From positions 30,690,001 through 30,754,000 of the forward strand of contig CM022672.1 of assembly GCA_012295275.1 (NCBI GenBank): 64,000 nt of DNA, written 5' to 3'. Shown here in pieces: positions 14,049-30,018 of the stretch. The notes beneath the pieces were generated by a model. The model was not told where the DNA came from. It searched no databases and was given only the letters and a program-made list of their open reading frames with translations. The translations under genes were made by a program, and so were the position numbers. This DNA comes from Chrysomallon squamiferum (lineage: Eukaryota; Animalia; Mollusca). How positions within the stretch are numbered: position 1 is the first letter of the stretch; the number at the start of each line of letters is the position of its first letter.

Positions 14049-14459
14049 TATGCTGTTGTTGTTATTGTTGCTGTTGTTGTTGTTATTATTATTCTTGCTG
14101 TGGTTGTTACTATTTCTGTTATTAGTGTCATCATCATTATCATTGTTATCATCATTATTATTATTATAGTTATTACTTTTTTTTTAAGAACCTTTACACA
14201 ACAACACCTATGAGAATAGTTAACTGAAAATGCTTCGATCTTTCCAACAAAAACTTTCTGACCTAATTCACCATTCCACTTGACCGTTTAGGTGGATTCT
14301 AAACAAACTAGCAGCGGTCTAAAGCCAATTTCTACACAAAGAGGCACGATTTTAAAGTCTCTAACAAAGTTACACTGATCAATAAAATTATTTTTTCTGT
14401 TTCTTCTGAATTGCTGAAGAACGATTAATATAATATCAGTTGGCGATTTCTGTCTTCCG

Positions 14460-14502
<43 letters not shown>

Positions 14503-14662
14503 ACACACACACTTACATATATATCTAGACACACGCATGTATATGTGTATGTGTGTGTGTGTGTACATATATACACACACATATACATACACAAATTTAG
14601 ATGTATATGTAGATGTGTATATGCGTGTGTATGTATGTATGTATGTATATATGTGTATGTGT

Positions 14663-14694
<32 letters not shown>

Positions 14695-16376
14695 GATTCA
14701 AATAAAGCTTTCTTTCGTTCATTCTTTCTCGCTTTCTTACTAATTAGAATTATTCATATAATAAATAAAGAACGAAAGAATGAAAGAAAATGGCGCTATT
14801 TTAACAACTTCGTCAGTTCCCTAGTAAACTGAGATCGCGCAGTGTGTGGTGTAGAAATGATTATTAGTTTATTAAACAGCGAATAACAACTTTTACTGCG
14901 CCTGTGAGATCAATCGGATTATTCCTGTGTCCGTAGCTAAGTGCATTCACTTACTGGGCTTTGCTTTCATGCAAATCCTAACAGCTGAACAAAGACGTAT
15001 GAACATTTATCACTGTTCGATGTTTTATTCAATTAGAGAAATGGTGAATGGACCTCAAAGCTCGCCCTATTCCACTGGTGATTTAAATAAAATATAAATG
15101 AATGATGAATGAATGAATAAACAAACAAAAAAATAAATATTGTTCACTGAAACTAATCATTAAATATTTAATTCATAGACAAATTTGAAGAAATTCATGA
15201 TAAAGTAGATGACTATCATTCTGTTATTATCATCATCATTAACATCATCATCATCATTATTACTATTATTATTATTGTCATTATTATTATTATTATTGTT
15301 ACTATTATTATTATTACTATTATTATTGTTAATGTTGTTATTACTATTACTACTATTAGTAGTACTACTACTATTGTTATTATTACTTTCATTACTATTA
15401 CTTTTATTACTATTAACTGTTTTACCAGAAGAGCAACTGAAATAAAATGTTCTATATCTATCGAGAATGTGCAGAGACATATTTTATCAGTCTTATATAG
15501 ACTTCTATTTTTAGCTAGAATCTATCGTATTTCCATTTTAAGAAAGGCGACTTAACACCCATTTTGTTATGTCCAGTCACATTTGCCAGTTTCCTATTTC
15601 TTAGACACTACATATCTTAAGATTTAAACTTCTCCTTCCCGTAAGTAAGCAGATATTCGTAAACGCACACTTTAGTTATAAACACACCCACACGCACACG
15701 CATATCCTCATACATATATACGCATAAACATACGCGCCGTAATTCTACACATACGTTCAAACACGTGCGTGCCTCTCTTATACGCATAAACACACGCACA
15801 CAGAGCTAATAGTATATTCACACGCACCATCCCACCTCTTTTGCATCATTCACATACGCATAAAGACATGCATATTGTATACTAACGCACACGCAAAAAG
15901 ACACAACTCTTATACACATTCGCAACTAATCCTAAACCACACGCAAGCAACTCTTATAATCATAAACAATGTACACTAGTTTCTTAAATTATAAATCTGA
16001 AAAAATTAATTTTATCAGTTACTTAGTACCCTCTCGGAACAGAAATAACTGAAACAAAAAACAAAGAACGTATAATACTGCTTCTACAAAAATCTCACCT
16101 AATTCATGAAGCATTTATCTTTTGTTATTTTTCTAAATATGTATGTGTGCGTGTGTGCGTGTGTTTATATAGGTATATATATATGTATGTATGTATGTTT
16201 GTATGTATGTATGTATGTATGTATGTATGTATGTATGTATGTATGTATGTATGTATGTATGTATGTATATATGTATGTAAGTGATGCATTTTGATACAGG
16301 GAAAATACATCGCTTAAAAACAGTTCCGTAAGTATGCACGATACTATAATAACAGATGAACTCATTCAATAATAAA

Positions 16377-16425
<49 letters not shown>

Positions 16426-17200
16426 GTAATAATAACGTCTGAAGCAGCAGTTGGAACTGGTAATTAAGTAATGTCAAGAACAGAAGATCTAACGGAACAC
16501 TTCTCCCATATGTGAATTTTATACATAACAAAAGCTTTGACTAATCCAGCGGAACTTTTAAGTCCAAACACATTCGTCATATTTAATAAAATAGTCCACG
16601 CAAGAAGAATAGAAAAGAAACATTTCTTAAAGAATATAAACAGAAAATAGATAAGATTTTAAAACAAATAATAATGATGATAATGATCAATAAAAAAAAA
16701 TAAAATAAAATAATGAAGAAAAGAGAGAGAAATAAATAAAAGAGAAGAAAATAGCGCGGACAGGAAAGAAAAACAAACTTAAAAACAAAAGAGAATGAAA
16801 TTAATATCAGTAAAAAATAATAATTAAATTAAGTGACAAGAACAACAACTGGAAACAATAAATAAATAAATAAATAAATAAATAATAATAATATTTAATA
16901 ATAATTATAATAATAATTTAATAATAATAATAATAATAATAATAATGATAATAATAAATACAATAACAACGAAGCGTCTGCTTACCGAATCAGAAGCAGT
17001 GAAAATGTTTGCGAGGTTCGCCTGTCACAAACCTGACAATGAAAGAAAACGGTCAATTTCTCCGCTTTTACATTTTACAGCTCGTTTCCACGGCAACGCG
17101 TGCCTGTCGGATCAACAGCCGTCTTTAGGCGACAGCCTCGGTCTGAGAAACAGCAGAGAAACGTTAGGTCGCGCGCGCGCGCCCGCGCTGTTCTTTCGCG

Positions 17201-17234
<34 letters not shown>

Positions 17235-17660
17235 TTTAACAAAAAAAAAGAAAGAAATTTGCGTTCGCCGTTCCGCCACGTTACATTGAATCATCAGTGA
17301 CTTAGGCCCTGCTTTGATATTTCCGATTCAATCAAGGAAGACATTTGTAACTTGAAAGTGCCAGTTTTATCGCGGATATGTTGCTTTTATGATAGAGCGC
17401 ACGCATGCTGCAGGCCATAGCGAGGCGAGAGTCGGCGTGCAAGGAGACATATTTCTTTCAATGCGCCTGCTTCGTTAGTTTCCGGAATGGTCTAATGGCC
17501 AGCGTTGAGGACGCGCGTGTTTCTGAGTGCCCGGATGTGGCCATTTCTTTTGTTCTTTCTTTTAATCGAGATCTGTCAGAAGAAGATTTTTATTGATCCT
17601 TCCAGGAGCAAATCAATTAATCGCTTAATAACAAGTATTATATTGGAAAAAATAAAATGA

Positions 17661-17735
<75 letters not shown>

Positions 17736-17794
17736 AAATGTTTATATTGAACAAAATTTAGATAACAGAAGTTAAAAAATCTAATAATAATAAT

Positions 17795-17863
<69 letters not shown>

Positions 17864-19247
17864 CATGAAAAAGAGAAAAATAAATGATTAAATACAAAAC
17901 AATAATAATGAGCGATAATGATGATCATGATCATGATTATAATAATAATAATAATATATTTATGTTTAATTAAGATATATAATAAAACATCAATTTCATG
18001 CACAATTCGGTCACTGACACTTATACTACTCTATTTTCGTTGTTTATCATTAATTTTTCGCGCGGTTAACTGAATTTACAAGTTTTTGACGCTACTTAAA
18101 ACAGAGTGTTTGTAATTAATATATCATTAATCCTCGACTGTTTCGAAGAAAAAGTATATTGGATTTTTCGACAGATTTATTATTTAATTTGGGTTTTGTT
18201 TTTGTTAATTATTTTCCTAGATTAAAGATGGTGTTTTTTGTTGTTTCAGTTCTTTTCGTTTAATTATAGTCTAACGCGCTGATCATTTCGGAAAGAATAT
18301 TTGAGAAAAGAAAAAAAAGTAAATAAAATAATAAATTTTATTTTTCTCTTGTTTTTGAAACCATTTTTGATTGCTTATATTATAAGAAAAACGTTTTCTG
18401 ATGAAAGACATCCACATCCAAGAAAATTATAACCAAATGAAGTGAACGCTCGAACCAACAATAAATTAATTAATACAATAATAATGAAATAATACAATAA
18501 ATAGAGTAAAAACAATAAATAAACAAATAAACAAATACAAATAAGAAATAAAATAAAAGAACAGAAAAAAGCAAACAAAAAACAAATAAAAAAAAAAAAA
18601 AAAATGCGAACAACACAGAAAAACAAATAAAATATATAATTAAAGAAAGAAAGAAAATAAATAAATCAATAAATCAATAATATAATATAATATAAAACAA
18701 AATAGAAACAAAGAGCATACAGAAATAAATAAATAAACAAAAATGTAATTTTGCATATATAATATATATATATTTATATTTGTGTCATTATCCAAAGGTG
18801 TACTTATTCGTACTTTGCTTAATTGCATTTAATTATGTACACAAAAGATTAATAACAGTAATTAATAATGAAATAATATCGTTAAAGAAAAACTTTATTA
18901 TTATTACGAGATTCTGAAGACATGTCGCAGATACGAGTTACACGAAAATTTAAACCATTTGGTGTCGCACGATCTTTCAAATGTAAATTACCTCGTTTCC
19001 GTTTGATGTTCGTAAATTTGACGTCATAATTACCAGACACAAAGTGTTATGACGTGGTTCTTTTGTTACGTCCATTTATAGAAAATTGCATTTAGAAAAT
19101 TGTATTGACTCCATTTCGAAAATTTGGTCGGATACAATTTAATTAGTGGTTCTACCTTTAAGTTCAAAGAAGAGAAAAAATTACATTAAAAGCAGCCATG
19201 TATTCAAAATTTAGTTTCACTCTCATCTTAAAGGAAATTTGTTTACC

Positions 19248-19287
<40 letters not shown>

Positions 19288-20087
19288 AATGATTACGATG
19301 ACGGCAAGATGATTTTAAAATATTAACAGCAACAATATTAATAGTAGTGATGACGAGGGTAACAACAGCAACATCAACGCTAATGATGTTGAGAAAAAGG
19401 GTGTCAACCACAATAATAATATAACTGGGTTTTTTTTAAGACAAACCTGCACACTTATGCATATACACACATATGTACACGCATGCATACATACAACATA
19501 TATTATATACTAACATACACCTGCACAGGCATGTACACATGTATACACACAAACACGCACACACACAAACATACACACATAAACATATGAAATTATACAC
19601 TTACAAACATACATACACATAAAGAGACTTTGAGACACAAATCCTCCATATGCACACACACATAAACACATATAATTATATCATGGCTGATGATGGTCGT
19701 TTTCGTCTAACCGTTGTTGTCTGTGGATAATTTTCATTCATCACTTGGTTACTGTATCTAACAAACGTCGCTGTATTTATTCACTTATTCTTGACCTGAC
19801 ACAATCTCTATGGTCAGAATACACTGACAGAACTCAGGATCGAACCTGCTTGGTGCCAGAAGAGAAATTTCTTGATCTGAACATCTCCATACGACTGGCT
19901 TTCTTTCTCTGACTGTCTGTCTGTCTGTCTGTCTGTCGCAGTGTCAGTCGGTTAGTGTGTCTGTCCTTGTCTTGGTCTTCGCTATAAATAACTTAATTAT
20001 TTAAATATATTCTGTTTGTGGTTCATTTATCGATGGATGGAAAAAGTATTTTGGTAAGTGTTTTTTTATCTCTGGGAAGGTAGATAT

Positions 20088-20157
<70 letters not shown>

Positions 20158-21759
20158 GACAAAAGTAGCCTATATGTCGTATAGATATTACAATACTTGC
20201 TTGATAACTAAATAATAAAAACTGCCTGTGTTTAAATAAATAAATATTTAAAATAATAAATAACTAATGTACCAACCCGAACACACCTTTTTAATTCTTC
20301 ATTATCCAGAGATAAAATATTTTCATTAAATCATTTTTTTTTTTTTTTTTATTTTTTTTTTTTTTTTTTTTGATAATCGTATCTTCAGACGCAGATAATT
20401 GACCAGAGAACGAGTCTTGCGTTTTTTCACTGAGGCAGACGTATTATGACAGCTATTTTTAACCCGTGATCTTCAATACGCAGTCGGTTCACGTCAGTCA
20501 CCGTCAAACTTCGTGATATGTCGGGACTCCCCGTAACGTTTCTGCAAATATTCCTGCACTGATTCCACCTTTAATTCGGTCCTATGTTCCTACCCACGCT
20601 CAATTAGCCACAAGTCGGAACAATTCTGATGCACGGTTCTGCATCTCGATTACCTTGTTATAGGTCTCGGTTTTCTTAAATCGTTTTCCCTTGAGAAGGG
20701 CAAGCGAAGAGCAAGCGAGGATGAAATTATCAAAGCAGACAAATATTCTATAAAAGCGAATAATTAGGTTACCTCACTGCTAGATGGATGCTGCACTAGT
20801 AGATTTTTTAACATGCTTCAGGAATGAATGAAAATTTGTTTAAGAAAATTTAATTTCAAAACTGTTACATGAATGATTTGTACGATCATTTGTTAACTGA
20901 TGATTTTGAAGGAGAAAACCACTGGTGTCACTCTACTTCTAGATATTAAGCAGACGATATCTTTTTTCTTCTTCTTCTTTTCTTTCATCTTCTTCTTCTT
21001 CTTCTTCTTCTTCTTCTTCTTCTTCTTCTTCTTCTTCTTTGTCTTCTCTCTTCGTCTTCTTTTTAAGGCAGCCAAACGCAGGAAGAAAAAGATAATAATT
21101 GTGATAAACAATGTGGATCACCAGTTGGAACGGAACAAAAATAACCCAAAGGAGATGTAAACTAGAATTTACTTGCAACTAGACAGCACGTTCCCAACAG
21201 TTTATTAAAAATATACGTAATACGTCGTAGTATTAACAAGTAAAACGACATCCGCTGATTTATTTGTTTAGTTTCTATTTCTAGATTTGTTGTGTTAATT
21301 ATGATGTAAAGCCGGGTTTATGTTATGTGTTGTTTATCTGTCGTGTGGCACTTTAATAACTAAATGCATCATCATCATCATCATCACCACCACCATCTTT
21401 TAACCTGATTTTTAAACAAATATTAATATCATACATGATATCTTTTTTTCTCTTAATTTTTTAAAATTTTATTTCTATTTACTTTTCTTTTTACTGCAAG
21501 CAGTATTTCTATTGGCATGTATTGATCCCGTGTGTCTGTCTGACTGTCCGTCTGTCTGTCTCTAGCCGTCCGTCTGTCGTGTGTCTTTCTGTCTGTTTTC
21601 TGTCTCTCTCTTTCTTTTGTCTGGCTCTGTCTCGCTGTGATTCTGTCTGTCTCAGGCTTCAAAACGCTGAAACTTTATTGTTATTAACGTGATAAGCACC
21701 AAGTCAAAACGTAGATTTCTGTGACAGTGTTATCTGTTCAGTATCTCAATGAGTTAATA

Positions 21760-21791
21760 TGTCTGCCTGTCTGTCTGTCTGTTTGTCTGTC

Positions 21792-21823
<32 letters not shown>

Positions 21824-22260
21824 CCTATCTAATTATCTATCTCTATCTTTCTCTATCTCTCTATCTTCCTATCTATCTATGAATCGATCTATATATCTAT
21901 CTTTATCTCTCTCTCTGTCTCTCTCTCTTTCTATCTAACTATGAATCAGTCAATCTATCAATATATCTATCTAATCTATCTATCTGTATGTCTCAGTGTC
22001 TGCCTTTCTCTCTGTCTGTCCATCTACATGTCTGTCTGTTTCTCTGTCTGTTTCACCCGTTGTCTTTCTATGTAGCTACCTACATACCTATCTATCTGTC
22101 TATCAATCTTCTATCCACTCATCTAATCTATCTATCTATCTTTATAATCTATCTCTACATATCTATTTACCTCTATAATCTATCTATCTTCCCTTCTTTG
22201 TTTATTTCCTTTTGTCCGTCTGTCTATTTATCTACATGTCTGATTATCTTCTTTCTCTTT

Positions 22261-22341
<81 letters not shown>
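21760..22341. repeat. Degenerate (TCTA)/(TCTG)/(TC)n tract
   Basis: Direct reading of the sequence. Confidence 0.9.
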
Positions 22342-22345
<4 letters not shown>

Positions 22346-22506
22346 CATCTGGCTGTTAGTAAAAGTGAGTTAATTATTACCACGAAGTTTATCTACCACT
22401 GTACAGTTCATTGCCCGGTCTTTAAAAATGATTCGTTATTCATAAACAAAGAAATAAACGTTTGTCCGAGAGAAACGCGAACCACAGAGCTTGTTCAGTT
22501 TGTGTG

Positions 22507-22545
<39 letters not shown>

Positions 22546-22610
22546 CAGAGACATTAAAGCGTACATACTAAACAAACACGTTGTAAACATTCACTCAAGC
22601 CAACCATTGC

Positions 22611-22669
22611 GTTTGATTGTTTACCTGTTTGATTATTTACCTGTTTGATTAATTATCTGTTTGATAATC
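22611..22669. repeat. 16-bp tandem repeat, about 3.5 units
   Basis: gtttgattgtttacct gtttgattatttacct gtttgattaattatct gtttgataatc. Confidence 0.85.
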
Positions 22670-23263
22670 AGTCACGTTTTTCACATTCATATGCACAAGG
22701 GCTTTGTAACATCAGTAAAACTCTTTTTTTTTTTTTTTTTTTTTTTACACACACATATATTATTATTATCGTTATGATAAATAAATAAATATATATATAT
22801 ATGACCATCGCATAACACTACACACGTATACTAACAGTATACACCAATATCTGTATAAAACCCAAACGAATCCATAAGCATTCAGAAAACATAAAACATA
22901 CAAACATAGATCACCTCTGGGTTTGTATGTCTGTGTGTCTTTCTGTATGTGAGTGGGCGTATGTGGGTGTATGTGTGTGGGGGGTGTATAGTTCTTGTTA
23001 GCGCCTGCTTATGTTTGCGTCTATACATATTTATGTCTTCATTCTGATAATAACTGTAATGCACAGAGCCATTACTTAGATATATCACGAATTTTAATGT
23101 ACATAGTATTGATTCAAAAATGGCAAAGTAACGTAGAATATGATAATAAAAACAAAAAAATATTTGTAATTTGTCACTTTACTTTTCACAAAGCTCGCTA
23201 GAATACTAACGTACATAACACATTTGGCACTTGTTATTTATAGATATTAACAACAGCAACAGC

Positions 23264-23313
<50 letters not shown>

Positions 23314-23402
23314 CAACATCAACGACAATAACAATAACAATAATAACAACATCATCATCATCATTATTATTATTACTGCTACTACTACTGATCCTGATAC
23401 TA

Positions 23403-23738
23403 CGGGTACCGGACCAATTATCCGGCGTCCTGAAATCCGGAAATACCAGAAATCCGGAAGTTTTTTCCTGACGCTATTTTCATAGTTCGCACGCGCTGTT
23501 GTTGTCCTCATTAGACCGGAACTACACTTTCAAGCCGCGCTGCATTTATTCACTCGCCGCATTGTTTACGTGTCGAATCGCCACGGTTGTGTATCGTTAA
23601 TTTTCTTTGTGTTTTTAATTCTAAAATGTTTATGCCTAATTATTATATATTTTGATGCTTGGTGCCAGAAAACCGGAAAATCCAGAAATCCGGAATGCCT
23701 CAGGCCCCAGGGAGTCCGGATAATTGGTCCGGTACCTG
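23403..23738 (+). mobile_element. MITE copy 2 (336 bp), same family as 4352-4691
   Basis: TA|CGGGTACCGGACCAATTATCCGG ... CCGGATAATTGGTCCGGTACCTG|TA; interior colinear with copy 1; inserted within a (TAC)n tract. Confidence 0.93.
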
Positions 23739-24717
23739 TACCGCTACTACTACTACTGCTGCTGCTCTGCTACTACTACTACTGCTACTACTACTACTAC
23801 TACAAAATGTGCGTCATGGTTTGAGTATTGAGAATGATGCACATTTTTTTGCTGCTACTACTACTACTAAAACTTCTACTGCTACTACTACTACAAAATG
23901 TGCCTCATGGTTTGTGTATTCAGAAGGTATCAGATTTAAAAAAAAAAAAAAAAACCAACAACAGGACATTGTAAAATTAGTTTACCAGAGAAGTTTTAAT
24001 TAGCGATAATCCAGCTGTTAATTATTTAGATTTTAGTTGTACTAAAACCTACCCGAAAATGAAGGCAGTGACGTCAGAATGGAGCATTAACAAAACAACA
24101 GAAACGACGTTGTTACACAAACAACGTCATAGCTACATTAAAACATCGTAAACGACAACAACAAACACAACAGAACAAGCTCAAACAAAAATGAATTAAA
24201 GCCATAAAAGGTATTTTTCATTGCAACATAATTAAATAATTGTTTATAAAATAAGTTAGTCTGTTAGTACGTAACATTTTAGGTAAACTTTAACAACAAC
24301 AGCAGCAGCAGCAACAAAAACAACAACAAGAGCATCATCATCCTCAACAGCAACAACTACATTGAAAACAAATGAACACACAAACAAAAAACAAAAAAGA
24401 TATAATAAAATCTTCTAATAACTCGAAAAAAATACAAAACATAGTCACATTGTTTACTACCTTTTAATAATGAACATTGCTTTAACAACATCCGTATGTG
24501 TTTTATACTTTAATATCTAATAATAATAATAATAATTTGTTATTGGGATATCGAGTAATTACTTTTTCTCTGTTTGTTTCCAAATCGTTTTATTACTGTT
24601 AGAGTAATTGTTGTTTTCGACAAAAAATTAACAAAGCTTCGATTTCGTACAGATAACAAATAAATAAAATGAATGCCATTGTTTTATGGATTTAGAAACC
24701 AACAACAAAAAAGAATG

Positions 24718-24950
24718 TTTTAGTGATTTGGAATAATCCTAATTTAAAGAGAGACCAACAGAAAAAAAAAAATATATATATAAAAAATGGAGGAAGAATG
24801 GAGGTTAAATAAGCAACAATTAAGTTGAAAAGACAGAAAAAAGAAACAAACAAATCGATAAAAATTTTAACTTTTTAGTGATTTAGAATATTCATAATTA
24901 TTTAAAGAGAAACCAACTGAAAAAAATGGAGGAAAAATGAAAGACACAGA
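24718..24950. repeat. Local direct duplication (~155-bp spacing)
   Basis: 'ttttagtgatttrgaata...atttaaagagaraccaac.gaaaaaaa...tggaggaa' at ~24718 and ~24873. Confidence 0.75.
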
Positions 24951-25122
24951 GAAAATATTAATGAAAATTATGAATGACCAGTTCAGTGACACACACATAC
25001 ACGCACACACACGCACACACATATATAATATATACATACAAACACATACGTACGTACTTACATAACTACAAATATACATTCAAAGATACAGAAACACCCA
25101 CACACATGTATAAACATATATA

Positions 25123-25195
<73 letters not shown>

Positions 25196-25203
25196 CTGGT
25201 TAT

Positions 25204-25252
<49 letters not shown>

Positions 25253-25714
25253 AATGCGTACATAAGCCAAAGTCTCCCATGTTCTTTGTTTCTGTTACGT
25301 CATCTCTACAGATTAAAACAGAGATTGATGAAAACGTGATTTACCTCGTCACTGCTGCAGCTACTCGCGTCTGAGTCAACTCAAAATGAGTTTCAATTTT
25401 TCTTTCCTTCAATTTTTTTTTTTTTTTTTTTTTTCAAGAACTGCTGGCTCGCAAATACTCTGTGACAAACGTGCAGAAGATTTGAAGTGGATAAAGTGCT
25501 TGCTTGTTTTGACAGTATTCAGCTGCTAGAAGTTAACAGTGATAATTAGTAATAATAATAAGTGAATGAAAAATAAATAAATAATAATAATAATAAATAG
25601 TAGTAGTAATAGTAGTAGTGGTAGTAGTAGTAGTGGTAGTAGTAGTAGTAGTAACAACAACAAGCAGAAGAAGAAGAAGAAGAAGAAAAATGAATTAATC
25701 ATTCAAAAGTGGAG

Positions 25715-26397
25715 CAGTACAAATATTCATTCATTCATAAATTCTGTAATACAAATATTCACCTATTCGTAAATTGTGTAATTCAAATATTCGTAAATAT
25801 ACAGTACAAATATTCATTCATTTCCAAATTCTGTATTACAAATATTCAAACATTAGTACAAACATTCATTCATTTGAAAACAAATATTAATTCATTCAGT
25901 AAATTATGTAGTAAAAATCATTCATAAGTATATACTACAGATATTCACCCATTAGTAAATTCTTCAGCACAAATATTCGTAAATATAAAGTATAAATATT
26001 CATCTATTCCTAAAATTTATATTACAAATTTTCGTAATATATATAATAAATATTCATTCATTCGTAAATTCCGTAATACAAATATTCGTATATATATATA
26101 TATCATATTCCTCTTTTCTAAATTCTATATTAAATTCGTAAATATATAGTATAAAAATATTCATCCACTCCGTAATACAAAAATTCGTATATGTATATAT
26201 ATATATATATATCGTATTCCTCTATTCGTAAATTATATATATATATAGTACCAGTATTCACCGATTCGTAAATTCAGTAGCACAAGTATTCGTAAATATA
26301 TAGTACAAATATTCACCCATTCGTGATTTCTGTAACACAATTATTCACCGATTCGTGAATTCTCTAGTACAAATATTCATTCATTCGTGAGTACAAA
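25715..26397. repeat. Degenerate minisatellite with mixed ~32-bp and ~21-bp units
   Basis: Long units 'acaaatattcattcattcgtaaattctgtaat' interleaved with short units 'acaaatattcgtaaatatatagt'. Confidence 0.88.
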
Positions 26398-28313
26398 TGG
26401 CGGCCACAGAACGCGGGGCTTGTGATGGTCAACAGTTTCAATCGATTCCATCTGGCAGGACAGAATTTTAAAGTGTGTCTCCAACGACATCGCACACGTA
26501 CACGATGGGTGAGTTAATGATCTGCTATGGGTCAGTTAATGATCTGCTGTGCTGTGTTTTAACCTGCAGATGTCGTCGATGGTGTTGTGTTTGAGACAAT
26601 CAGGACGATGTAGAAACGGAGCGAGAGATTGCAGAAGGATGGAAAGATAGAGATAGTTTTTTTTTGTTATGTGTGTGTGTTGGTCTACCAACAGCGCATA
26701 GTCGAAGTGATGTTAAAAATATAGAGAATGTGGGAAGATAAATTTTGTGACAGTAAGAATTGTTACAACACCATGACGTCGACGACAACAACTACAGTAT
26801 AACGTGAACAGAACAAAAGTGACAACGATGGCAAAATAACAACACAGCGACAATTATAATGAAGAAGCAACATTAACAACAACAGCAGCAGCAACAACAA
26901 CAACAATAACAACAGTAATAGCGATACAAGAAAAAAGAACTACAACAATAATCAAAACAGCATCATAATAACAACAGCAGGAGCAATAACAACAACGACA
27001 ACGACAACAGCAACAACAACAACAACAATAATAATACCTGATACAGGAAAAAATAACTATATCCATAACAACAATGATGAAAACGGCAACATAAGAACAA
27101 CAATAATAACAAACAGCAACAACAACGACAACAAAGAAGAAATCATACTATATATATTTAATAGTTAATAACCGTGGTATTTAATTTCACCACCCAAACA
27201 CATAAAATTACAACGTTCTACAAGTAAAGTTTGTACTTCAAAACCATATTTATTCTTATATAATCACTGGGACTTATGTAAATTTATTAAAATTTTATTT
27301 TAATTTTATTTTATTATTTAAAAAAAAAAAAAAAATCCATATTCCTCGTAGTTCGTATAGCTAATACACTTTGATACTACGCGGTGCCTTTAAGACTCAG
27401 TCTGGCTGGATTATTGATCGGAATTTGTTTCTTGCTTTTTATGTCTGTCTTCCTTTAGGCAGTAATGATTTTATTTATTAATTATTTATTTGTTTGCTTG
27501 CTTGTTTGTTTGTTTGTTTAGTTATGCATTTCTTTCTTTCTTTCTGTGTTTTTTTCATTTGTTTTCTTTTTTTCTTTCTGTGTTTATTTATTTATATATT
27601 TGTTCGTTTGTTTGTTTGCTAATTTATTTATTTATTTATTTATTTATTCCCTTTTTGCTGTACTGGTCTCTATAGTCATTAATAAAATTATATTAACTTC
27701 TGTTTAACATTTCTCGTAAATTTATTTTTAATCAGTTTTATGATATAGCATTTGGTGTTCACGTAATAAAAAAAAATAGTAATAATAAAATAAAATAAAA
27801 TAAGAAAAAAAAAGAAGAAAAAAAACAATTTCTATAATAGAATAAATTCTTGTCAGCTTTAACAATTTAATTTCCTGAATTTAATAACCGTACAGTAGTT
27901 ATAAATATATCAACTCCAGTTTATTCTGAGTTCATGCAGAGAATAAACAAAATGAACTGATGGGGGAAAAAATTAAAGTGTGGGCAGATGGGTGGATGAA
28001 TGAAGAAATGAATGACTAAATGAACGAATTAATAGCTGAGAGAATGAAAGAGTAATTTAGTGGATGAATAAACATATGAGTGAATATATTGATGTACAAA
28101 TGAATAAAAGGATGGACTGATGACGTCTCAAAATAAATTAGTATAAATCTTTTTACAGATGTTTGTGATGAACGAAAATAAATCCGCTGCCGATATTTAT
28201 TTCTTGCAGCAAGTATTCTTTTTTTTTCATCTATCTAGAAACTTAAATAAATTAATAACAATAATAATAATAAATAAATAAATAAATAAATAATTAATTA
28301 AATAAATATAAAT

Positions 28314-28367
<54 letters not shown>

Positions 28368-28613
28368 TCTACATTTTCATACTCACGGATCAGAACGGAA
28401 GAATAGGTACGGAAATTTCAATTTTAATGTTTTTGTCTCATTCACTGACGTGCATGGATAATAATGTCGTTACGTCATTTCATTGTTGTGACGTTGTAAT
28501 TGTGTTCAACAGCGCGAATGTATAAACTTATTTTTAATTAAATTTTAATTCAAACCCTATTAAATGACGGTCAGTAAACATTTGTAAGTATAAATACATT
28601 TTAACATACTTCC

Positions 28614-28737
<124 letters not shown>

Positions 28738-29359
28738 ATACATACATACATATATATCGTGTGTGTGTGTGCGTGTGTTGGTTTTTCATACATTTTGTTT
28801 TTCTGTTAGTTAAAAACAGAAAAGTGGTAGCATTTCCAATAAAACTGTCTTATTCAAGAGCATCCTAGCACAGTGCATGTCATTATTTGTGCAGTTCTGT
28901 TGTAGCTGTTGATGTTGGTGTTGTTGTCGTCGTCGTCGTTGTTGTTGTAATTGTGTTTTTAAAATAAAGGTTTAACAGGCAAATACGTCATGATGACAAC
29001 AAATTATTAACCCTCTGTTTCAGGGGCTACTGGGGGTGGGGGGGCACCACCGATCAATACGAAAGTCTGAGAAATCGTGAATATAAAACACAAACCCTAA
29101 AAAGTACTGAAACATTAAACTTCAGTACACGTAACAACTATAACAACACAGTAACATAATAATGTAAGAACAATACACAGACATGAAAACAATGTAAACA
29201 AAAGTCATGCAATATACGTAAATACACACAACATACACTAATATTGAACTCCAATCTCTCCCATCTCTGTTTGGCTTTCTGTCTAAGTCGGGTTAAATTT
29301 GTTATTTTAGGATGGTTATGGATGCAATCGTAAAATTTACTCTTGCCTTGATGGAAAGT

Positions 29360-29431
29360 GGGTTGAGAGAGGGTTGAGACAGGGTTGAGAGAGGGTTGAG
29401 AGAGGGTTGAGAAAGGGTTGAGAGAGGGTTG
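29360..29431. repeat. 11-bp tandem repeat (GGGTTGAGAGA), about 6.5 units
   Basis: Direct reading; seven GGG tracts on the + strand. Confidence 0.93.
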
Positions 29432-29865
29432 TCGTTGATCAAATAGTGGATAACTTTATATTACCTAGAGGTAACGTTTCAAGTGAGAAATGGCGGCAAG
29501 TTCATATTCAGTGATTTTTTTGTTTTCTCTCTCACTCTTCTGGTCCGGATTTACCGGAAACCTGTAAACGGAGGTCCGTGAAATCAAGGACCAACAGTAC
29601 CTAAAATTTGGATAAAAGTTGTAAGTACGAATAATACAGTTTAAAGATGGTTTAAAATAGTCCGGATGTTCTAAATCGAAGAAATGACTAAATTTTAATC
29701 TTTACCGATCCATTTCTGTATTACCTGTTTTCTAATTATCAGCGCTTATATTTTAAGCTGATGTCATTCAGTAACTTAAACGGTCCTTTGAGCGAGATAG
29801 ATCCTGTAACCAAACCTCTCACGAGTTTACTGCACGAGTTTTAGTAAATGAGCTTAAGTTGCTCT

Positions 29866-29896
<31 letters not shown>

Positions 29897-29901
29897 TTAT
29901 T

Positions 29902-29932
<31 letters not shown>

Positions 29933-29975
29933 TTACTAGTATTATTATTATTATTATTGTTATTATTATTATTGC

Positions 29976-30018
<43 letters not shown>

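Noticed and set aside
18190-18600. Possible inverted repeat between T-rich and A-rich blocks
   Set aside because: Complementarity is weak and explained by low-complexity composition.
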